Source: Spirochaetia bacterium
Lineage (GTDB): Bacteria; Spirochaetota; Spirochaetia; SP-2023
Length of the DNA stretch: 64,000 bases
Assembly: GCA_965263295.1 (NCBI GenBank)
Contig: OZ253665.1
Coordinates: forward strand, 512,001-576,000
Direction of reading: 5' to 3'
Of the stretch, positions 43,901-51,455 are shown piece by piece (position 1 is the first letter of the stretch; each line of letters begins with the position of its first letter). The notes beneath the pieces are model-generated. The model ran no database searches, was not told the DNA's origin, and saw only the letters and a program-made list of their open reading frames with translations. Both the position numbers and the translations under genes were made by a program.

Positions 43901-45083
43901 GAAACTATACACAAGAAGCATTTATGGCCGTTATGGGTAGTCGCGCCCTTTACGGGCGCGTGAATTGAAACTGGAAAAAGGCCTTAATATTGATAATATT
44001 AAGGGGGTCGCGCCCTTTACGGGCGCGTGAATTGAAACGCCTCGCTTGCGGTGGCCTTGATGCTCAGGTCTGGTCGCGCCCTTTACGGGCGCGTGAATTG
44101 AAACTTGGGGTTGTTGCGCGCGACCACGCGCAGCGCACGTCGCGCCCTTTACGGGCGCGTGAATTGAAACGTACTCAAACTTGGTGCGTAAATCCATTAC
44201 TCGCGTCGCGCCCTTTACGGGCGCGTGAATTGAAACGCGCTCACAGCCGCATCCAGCATTGCCTGGCACTGGTCGCGCCCTTTACGGGCGCGTGAATTGA
44301 AACTGTCGGGGTTCTTGCCTTTCAGCTCGGCGCGTACGTCGCGCCCTTTACGGGCGCGTGAATTGAAACTGAAACAAAGAGAGACCATGTGCCTTTCTCA
44401 TGAGTCGCGCCCTTTACGGGCGCGTGAATTGAAACACATTGTGCAAGGTTTTGCCTGCAAAATCCCCGAGTCGCGCCCTTTACGGGCGCGTGAATTGAAA
44501 CGACAAGTATATAGACATAAAAACCGATGCGGGAAAGTCGCGCCCTTTACGGGCGCGTGAATTGAAACAAGGGTAAGGGTGTGCCTGTCTAGCAATTCGC
44601 TTCGTCGCGCCCTTTACGGGCGCGTGAATTGAAACAAGGGTAAGGGTGTGCCTGTCTAGCAATTCGCTTCGTCGCGCCCTTTACGGGCGCGTGAATTGAA
44701 ACTTCTATTGAAAGATTTATTCATTGATGCGAAGATGTCGCGCCCTTTACGGGCGCGTGAATTGAAACTATAGGGTATACACCATCTGGAATAATCAATC
44801 TGGTCGCGCCCTTTACGGGCGCGTGAATTGAAACTAGGAACTGGCTCGGCGTCTCGCGTTTGAGGCGCGTCGCGCCCTTTACGGGCGCGTGAATTGAAAC
44901 TTCTATTGAAAGATTTATTCATTGATGCGAAGATGTCGCGCCCTTTACGGGCGCGTGAATTGAAACACTTAGTTCACCAGAATTGTTCCCTGTCCCCGTG
45001 GTCGCGCCCTTTACGGGCGCGTGAATTGAAACGGCCTGGCGCAAAATCCCTTTGAGGGCGATGTGCGTCGCGCCCTTTACGGG
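40971..45083 (+). CRISPR. Type I-C CRISPR array: 62 intact 32-bp repeats, 62 spacers (32-35 nt), 63rd repeat interrupted
   Basis: Repeat GTCGCGCCCTTTACGGGCGCGTGAATTGAAAC (hairpin CGCGCCC/GGGCGCG, 3' GAAAC); counted manually; the last repeat stops after ...TTTACGGG at 45083. Confidence 0.99.
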
Positions 45084-45831
45084 TGTAACTTTCCACGAAG
45101 AATGAAAAAAATTTGCATGAAGAATGAAACGCCAATCTGAACCCGATTTTTGAGCTTACATGTAAAGTTGAATCGGATAATTCGCCGTCAACATCTCAAC
45201 CCTGATCTTGGTTCTGAAATCCGCCTTCTGCCCGCCCAACGGCTGGCGCTGCGCCTGTTATCGCAGCCCGCTAACCACGACAGGGGAACCACGAAAAGGG
45301 AACCACGAAAAGTACGAAAGGTTGCGAAAGGTCACGAAATTTAGGCAGGGGAGCTTTGGGCACCAGGGAAAAGCAGAAAAGGGGCCGGATGGACGACGGG
45401 TACCACGAAGGGCACGAAAAGTAGCGAAAAGGCACGAAATTTAGACGGGGGAGCCGCGGGGAAAACGATGGGGGGCTGCGGGGGGCGTCCAGGCAGCAGG
45501 CGCGGTGTTTTAGAATTTTTCGTGTTGTTCGTACTTTTTTAGTGTTTTTCGTGGTTACTCGGCCAGGGACTGTTAGCGAGTAACCACGAAAGTACACGAA
45601 AGGTTACGAAATCTAGGCAGGGGAAAGCGGAAACCGCACCCGGAAAATCAGTAAAAACGGCTGCAAATTTCTGCAAGTTTTTTACAAATTTCTCCAAGAA
45701 AACAGCAAAAACCTGCAATTTTTTTCAAGCTTTTAAACGCCCTGCAGCCACCCTTTGAAAGCCCTAAATAAAAGGCATCCTGCAACTTTTCTAACTTAAT
45801 TCCTGCTTTTTCATTCTCCATGCCTCACACA
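45084..45831. mobile_element. 748-bp non-autonomous DDE-type (Mu/Tn7/IS21-like) element inserted in the terminal CRISPR repeat
   Basis: TGT...ACA ends, ACGGG duplicated at 45079-45083 and 45832-45836, shared subterminal motif CAYGRAGAATGAAA at both ends in inverted orientation; no transposase ORF. Confidence 0.82.
45301..45624. repeat. Array of ACCACGAA-(N-CGAAA)n modules inside the inserted element
   Basis: 54-nt modules at 45301-45354 and 45401-45454 (colinear, 100 bp apart), third copy at about 45582-45624, inverted copy at about 45517-45561. Confidence 0.85.
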
Positions 45832-45851
45832 ACGGGTGCGTGAATTGAAAC
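45832..45851 (+). CRISPR. Distal half of the interrupted terminal repeat
   Basis: ACGGGTGCGTGAATTGAAAC equals the 3' 20 nt of the repeat with one C>T change. Confidence 0.88.
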
Positions 45852-46129
45852 ACGTTACCAGCATAGTGGCTTGATGAGGCTCTCTTTGCGTAAAGAAATC
45901 GCCTGCTTTTGCGATAATCTTATCCCGTATTTCATCGTCGATAGGCTTCCGCATTTTTCCTTTACATTATTGTTTGTTTATGATAATCGTACTTGACTAT
46001 ATTGTAATTATATAAGATATTATATTATATCTTTATTTTTAGACAGAGTTTTTTAATATCTCGCCTGCATGGGATAAGGCTGCAGAACTGATTAGAGAAA
46101 ACATCTAGTCTCATTCATAGGAGCAATGT

Positions 46130-46540
46130 ATGATTACTGGTCTTTATGTCGCATTGTTATCATTTCTGTTAATTGCGTTGTCGATCAACGTCATTAAGGG
46201 TAGACTTCAAAAAAAAGTGGCGCTTGGTGATGACAATAATTACGATCTTCAGAAGCGCATTAGAGCACATTCGAATTTCACAGAATATACGCCGATTTTT
46301 CTAATCTTGCTGGGAGTGCTGGAATATCTTGACTTACCCTATTATGGCTTGCATATACTCGGCTTATTATTTTTAGGTGCTCGATTAACACATGCTTACG
46401 GCCTGACAATCGCGGAACGCATTGAAGGAGAGAAATTACTCAACAGTCAGTATCGCGCGTGTGGGATGGCTGGTACGTTCATGGTCATTGGACTTAGTGC
46501 CTTGCTTGTTCTAATACTGCTAATTATTAAACTGGTATAG
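46130..46540 (+). CDS. MAPEG family membrane protein
   Basis: IRAHSNFTEYTP, ARLTHAYG, four hydrophobic helices; RBS AGGAG. Confidence 0.9.
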   Translation: MITGLYVALLSFLLIALSINVIKGRLQKKVALGDDNNYDLQKRIRAHSNFTEYTPIFLILLGVLEYLDLPYYGLHILGLLFLGARLTHAYGLTIAERIEGEKLLNSQYRACGMAGTFMVIGLSALLVLILLIIKLV

Positions 46541-46587
46541 GTATTGAACGTTCTATATTGGTTCATGGCATTTTCAGCCATGAGCTA

Positions 46588-47405
46588 GGCTCAGGACTCA
46601 TTAGCTATTAGCTTCAAGAGAGCAAAGTGAAATATCTCTAAAAACGGAGCCTATTTATGAGCAATCTATTTTGGTTGAACGATGAGCAGATCTCGCATCT
46701 TAAACCCTATTTCCCAAAGTCTCGCGGTCGTCTCAGGGTTGATGACAAACGTCTCAGTATTATCTTTATTATCCGCAATGGTTCGCGCTGCTGTGATGCA
46801 CCGCCTGAATACGGCCCCTATAAAACACTTTACAACCGTTTTGTGCGCTGGTCACAAAACGGTGTTTTCAAGAATATCTTCAGAGAGCTGTTCACATCAG
46901 GCGCTGCACAGACGGGCATGCGGATGATTGATGCCTCCCATCTCAAGGTATACCGCACGGCATTGAACCTCAAAAAGGGCGGCGAGCCAAGCTTGATCGG
47001 GCGTATCATTCAATATCTTTGGAGCTATGAATAGCAAATTGCATGTTCTGAGCGATGGTGCAGGGCGCCGTTCTGGCTGCATCTGAGCGAAGGGCAGAAA
47101 AGCGATTTTAAAGGTGCGGATGTTTTGCTTTCTGAGTTGCCGGCGGCGCAAGTGCTGATTGCGGATCGGGCTTACGATAGTTTGAGAGTAAGAAAAATGC
47201 TTGGAGATCAGAATACTGGGAGTTGTATTCCCTGTCGCAGGAACCGTAAGGAGCCAATAGGATATTGTAAAACGAGTTATAAAAAGCGGCATAAAGTTGA
47301 GAATATTTTTGCTAAATTAAAAGACTAACGGCGTATTGCGATTCGATATGATCGTTGCGCGCACACTTTTAAATCGACAATTTACATCGTGACAATCGTT
47401 GAGCC
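46588..47405 (+). mobile_element. Degenerate IS5-family (IS427-group-like) insertion sequence with a pseudogenised two-ORF transposase
   Basis: orfA 46657 MSNLFWL...GPYKTLYNRFVRWS, A5G3 slippery-like site, orfB fragments (IADRAYDS; YKKRHKVENIFAKLKD* then RRIAIRYDR). Ends GGCTCA/TGAGCC flanked by CTAG. Confidence 0.88.
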
Positions 47406-47610
47406 TAGCTCATAATGTTAATTCAGAAGATGACGTTGATAGGTGATTAACGAGGAACCAGACATAGGCGCGAAGGTTGTGAAAGAGGCACAGAAGGTTT
47501 TCTGGGGTGGATATTCAAGTTATTTTTTTGACTCTGATGCTTATTTCTGGAAAGTGGCTTTCAATCCTTATTCGAAACCAGCAAAAGATGGATTGTTTAA
47601 ATGGGGCAAA
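47406..47610 (+). pseudogene. VOC/glyoxalase-family gene fragment adjacent to the IS
   Basis: LAHNVNSEDDVD, then a stop/frameshift, then GAKVVKEAQKVFWGGYSSYFFDSDAYFWKVAFNPY, matching the VOC FWGGY...DPDG..WE..NP motif. Confidence 0.7.
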
Positions 47611-47831
47611 TGCTTCCCATAGACCACCTGATGCGAACCGGTCAATTGCCAGAGCCTTAATTTTCCATGACTAAAAGCGCCATACTTCGCTTATCCAAAT
47701 ATGGTATTTTAGGAGAAAAATTAGAGAAAAATGGGCTGTTTTTATAGAGAGGAAGTCAGCAAAAGCTTAGCTCAATGCCGGGCCTTTGTGGCTATGTTAT
47801 CTCGGGCATATGAAAGTTCGTCTGGTATCAA

Positions 47832-47918
47832 CGGAGAGAGAGGGATTCGAACCCTCGGTAAGCCGAAACCTACAACGGTTTTCGAGACCGCCCCATTCAA
47901 CCACTCTGGCATCTCTCC
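47832..47918 (-). tRNA. tRNA-Ser(CGA)
   Basis: GGAGAGA...TCTCTCC-G, anticodon arm GCGGT-CTCGAAA-ACCGT, long variable arm, GGTTCGAATCC. Confidence 0.95.
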
Positions 47919-48028
47919 AAGATATTTTATTAGGGTATTTTAGTTCCGTACAATTTACAACCAGGGAACAAGCAGTACTATAATAAAAACAGCGGAGTGC
48001 GTCCAACGAAAAAACAAAAATATCACAA

Positions 48029-48889
48029 CTACCAACGCGAATTGCGTCTGGACTCGTTATCGGTATTTTCAGGTAGTGGCAAAACTTTGCGAATTAGAGA
48101 GGAACCTAGCTGTGGCGAAAGGCGATGTAAAAAAATGGCAAAAGCTTCTGAACACACCGCGTAGCAAATCAGGCGGCCGCGTTTGAGAGCGGACCAAAAG
48201 GTAACGGCACAACGCTTGGCGCTGATGCCGCGCTCGTGTCCCTTTTCTACAATTCCCAAAGGGCTGCCGTCACCTGTCAGGGCCGACTTGCTGATATCGG
48301 TGTTGATTTTTCCAGGGCAGAGCAGAGTTACGCGCAGACCCCTTCTGTAATATTCGGTTTGAAGGGCCATGAAGTAGCCGTTGAGCGCGTGTTTGCTGGC
48401 GCAATAGGTAGTGCGCAACGGCACACCAAATAGACCCGTGACACTGCTGGTGACCCCGATGTAACAACGCTTTTTCTCCAGCATCCGCGGTAACAGTAGC
48501 TTGGTCAGTTCAACGGCTCCCCAATAATTGACTTGCATTAAGTAGCGTTCTACTTCAATATCAGTACATAGCATTGGAGAACGCTGGGACATGCCGGCAT
48601 TGTGTACCAGGATGTCTAGGCGATCACAGTGCTGCCAGTAAAACTCTACGGCTTTTTTTAGTTCGCAAGTCTTACTAATGTCAAAGCAAAGCTCCAGAAT
48701 TTGTGCAGCCTCGCGACCTCGCTCTTGAGCCAGGTCGCGACAAATTGCCGCGGCCTTATTTAACTTCTCACTATTACTGCCGCAAATTACGATCATTGAT
48801 GCGCCTTGGTGTATGGCCTGTATGGCCATAGCCAGGCCGATGCCTCCAGAACTCCCTGTAATCCAGATGTATTTTCCCGCTAGTTTCAT
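48029..48889 (-). CDS. Short-chain dehydrogenase/reductase (DHRS7-like)
   Basis: ITGSSGGIG, HNAG, YCASK, CPG. Confidence 0.92.
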   Translation of the reverse strand: MKLAGKYIWITGSSGGIGLAMAIQAIHQGASMIVICGSNSEKLNKAAAICRDLAQERGREAAQILELCFDISKTCELKKAVEFYWQHCDRLDILVHNAGMSQRSPMLCTDIEVERYLMQVNYWGAVELTKLLLPRMLEKKRCYIGVTSSVTGLFGVPLRTTYCASKHALNGYFMALQTEYYRRGLRVTLLCPGKINTDISKSALTGDGSPLGIVEKGHERGISAKRCAVTFWSALKRGRLICYAVCSEAFAIFLHRLSPQLGSSLIRKVLPLPENTDNESRRNSRW

Positions 48890-48924
48890 TTTCGAATCTT
48901 CCTTTTATATGTGCCTAATAAATG

Positions 48925-50604
48925 TTAACCTCCGGGCAGCAGGTTTTCCAGGTCTCGGTTGTCAATGTTTTGTTCGCGTTCAAGGCGTATGAGATTCTCG
49001 GAAGTATTCGTTACTTCTTCCACGCGCAGCAGGCTTACCGGATAAAGCAATAAAACTTGGATGTCAGAGTTGTTCTTGACCTTTGGTGTATTGGACTCTG
49101 TGCCGGGTCGCGAAATTTCTGCTTGAACTTCCTCATTCTTGGACTTATCTTCACTGTCGCCCAGCTCAATACGATAGCTGCGACGGTAGTCCTCAAAACT
49201 ATTGATCTCAATTAAATGTAGCTCCAGATAATTTTCCCCTTGCCATGAAAAGAGGCTATAAGCGCCTTTCCAGGTACTACCGTCGGGCTGGCTTAAAGTT
49301 AGTTTTTCAGGTTGAAAACTGTACTGTTTGCCATCAGTTCGTTCAGTAAAGACTCCTTCCAGTTGAAAGTCAGCCACGCCAATATCCGACATGCTCTGGA
49401 GCTCATAATCTTGATATTTTAACGCATTTATTCGTTTATATGTACCTGTGTAACTGCTGCCGTCGGGAGCAAACAGCCGAATGGTGTCAATATCTTCCAA
49501 GGTTACATAAAAAGATTTCTGAATGTTGGAAACATACTTGTTGCGGACTTGAATATTGAGACGATTCCACAGGCTTTTGATCATATTACTAATACTGTAA
49601 ACTTCGATAACTTGATCGTTATTGCGCAAGCCAATGGTGTCGGCATAAATCAGAATTTCATCAGCCTCAGAGTCAAAATAGATAAAGGTTTGACCCTTGT
49701 GTTTTGCATTCGCATTGCTTTGAACGTCTTGGGAATTGACCTCGCCGCTTCCCTGAAGCGGAGAATTTAGATTACTTCTGCTGTCGGTATTGAGCCACAG
49801 ACCATCTGTCGCGTAAAAGAAATCTTTGGCATTTCCCCGGTATATCGCCTTCAGGCTCTCAGAGAGTTTGTCATTATGGTCGATGGTCTCGACTTTGCGC
49901 ACCGTGAAGCTGCGCGATGCGGCGTTCCACTTTAATTCGGTCAATTCCACTTGGTAATTGGCCTGATTCAATAGACGTTGATGCACAATATAATAGCCGC
50001 GATGGTCAAAAGATATTTCGTAAGAACCATTGTCTTTCTGGTAGAATATTTGGCGGATGCCCCGAATATTTTTTTCTGCGCCGCTGACTTGTAATTGAAA
50101 GACATAGACTTGCTGCCGGTTACTTTGGCTGTCTTCTCCTGAGATAAAGATTTCCTGAATACTGCCGTCTCCCGTCAGGTCTTGAGTCTGTAGCGCAAAT
50201 CTTTCGGATGTAATTTTTAATTCTTCTTGGGCTACGATATGATAATCGGAGACTGATCCTTCAATGCTGGAGACAACTTGCGACGAAATTAAGAAAAGCT
50301 CAAGATTTCCGCGCTCAGGCTGACGGGTGATGACAATTTGTTCTTCTGTCGCTCGATCGGTTAGCTGGTGAGTGTAGACCTGGAGAGGCTTACGTCCTCC
50401 CGGCAGACGGACAGAGGGAGCAAGCTGGGCATCAATCGTATGATCCGAGGCTTTGCCATGCTCATCGTTATATTGACCCGTGTAATCCTTGCTGGTGGCG
50501 GTGAGGTCTGGTTCTGTATCGCCCTTGGCACAATTCCAGCTCAGAGTGAGCAGGAGCAGCAGGACACAAAAGTGAGCTGAGAAATACAATATATTAGGCT
50601 TCAT
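48925..50604 (-). CDS. Predicted lipoprotein, possibly a spirochaetal pallilysin-related adhesin
   Basis: Hydrophobic signal ending LSWN-C; beta-rich body with EEQIV, DLTGD...EI and DGLW segments recalled from this family. Confidence 0.5.
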   Translation of the reverse strand: MKPNILYFSAHFCVLLLLLTLSWNCAKGDTEPDLTATSKDYTGQYNDEHGKASDHTIDAQLAPSVRLPGGRKPLQVYTHQLTDRATEEQIVITRQPERGNLELFLISSQVVSSIEGSVSDYHIVAQEELKITSERFALQTQDLTGDGSIQEIFISGEDSQSNRQQVYVFQLQVSGAEKNIRGIRQIFYQKDNGSYEISFDHRGYYIVHQRLLNQANYQVELTELKWNAASRSFTVRKVETIDHNDKLSESLKAIYRGNAKDFFYATDGLWLNTDSRSNLNSPLQGSGEVNSQDVQSNANAKHKGQTFIYFDSEADEILIYADTIGLRNNDQVIEVYSISNMIKSLWNRLNIQVRNKYVSNIQKSFYVTLEDIDTIRLFAPDGSSYTGTYKRINALKYQDYELQSMSDIGVADFQLEGVFTERTDGKQYSFQPEKLTLSQPDGSTWKGAYSLFSWQGENYLELHLIEINSFEDYRRSYRIELGDSEDKSKNEEVQAEISRPGTESNTPKVKNNSDIQVLLLYPVSLLRVEEVTNTSENLIRLEREQNIDNRDLENLLPGG

Positions 50605-50622
50605 TTAAGATCTGATGTATTC

Positions 50623-51381
50623 TTATGGCATTGCCACTGTAAAAACAGAAACTCGCTCACCTTCGGCGTTGACGGCAGTATGGTAGTTGCGGGGATCCAG
50701 GAGCTTGACCCCCCCCACCCAGAAATAGTACTGATAATCTCCAGGCTGCAGGTAGCGGATACGGATATAGTATTTGCCTGGTTCCACTTCTTCTAAAGGG
50801 GAAATAAATGGGCTCCAGTTGTTGAAATTGCTCAGCATATACACATGCTCGCCTGGATCAAAGTAGGCATAAAAGTCATAGTCGTTGCCGACGACAGTGG
50901 GATTGACATCTTTAATAATCGAATATTCTTTATTTTCAAACACTGATATGGCGACCTCATGACTGTCGAGGTAATAGTTGGGATTGGCTGAATCACTTTG
51001 CCATAGGCCATCAATCCAGTAGCGGTAGCCGACGCGACCTTCTCTCGGTAGGGGAATCGCGTAGATAAAGACATCGTGGCCATTGCGTTCCATCATCTTC
51101 AATTCAGCAAATCCTTCGGACTCGAAAGAAATGCCTACCGCCTTGGTTTGTGGGCGGCCTTTATAAGTGAAGAATAAAAGGCTATGACTGAGAAAAGGAG
51201 CTCTGGCTTCCTCTAGATTTTTAAGTCTGATAATTAGGCCAGCATCTTGGGGAAGCTGAAAACTATTATCGTCTTGAGCACTCAATCTCATAGTTCCTAA
51301 AATGGCCAACAACGGCCATAATGACTTCAAGAACTGCGATAATTGTAAGGGCAATGCTGCTATGAATCGCTGCATTAACAT
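50623..51381 (-). CDS. Secreted protein with two E-set/CBM48-like (AMPK glycogen-binding-like) domains
   Basis: YRYWIDGLWQSD and FNNW...PGDYQYYFWVGG..LDP.N motifs; signal peptide. Confidence 0.75.
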   Translation of the reverse strand: MLMQRFIAALPLQLSQFLKSLWPLLAILGTMRLSAQDDNSFQLPQDAGLIIRLKNLEEARAPFLSHSLLFFTYKGRPQTKAVGISFESEGFAELKMMERNGHDVFIYAIPLPREGRVGYRYWIDGLWQSDSANPNYYLDSHEVAISVFENKEYSIIKDVNPTVVGNDYDFYAYFDPGEHVYMLSNFNNWSPFISPLEEVEPGKYYIRIRYLQPGDYQYYFWVGGVKLLDPRNYHTAVNAEGERVSVFTVAMP

Positions 51382-51455
51382 TGGTTTTGTCTCCTTTTTG
51401 TCTCGACTCTTATGGGGAAAAATTGCTCACTGGGAGTTTAATGTATCTCTTCTGG

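Noticed and set aside
41113..44922. Many ORFs containing SRPLRARELK / VSIHAPVKGAT / FNSRARKGRD
   Set aside because: Translations of CRISPR repeats, not genes
45079..45838. Alternative 7-bp duplication ACGGGTG
   Set aside because: Formally possible, but it removes the symmetric TGT/ACA termini; the 5-bp reading fits the aligned end motifs better
33012..45851. CRISPR-associated transposon (CAST) interpretation
   Set aside because: No tnsABC/tniQ in the window, cas3 is intact, and the TGT...ACA element does not enclose the cas genes
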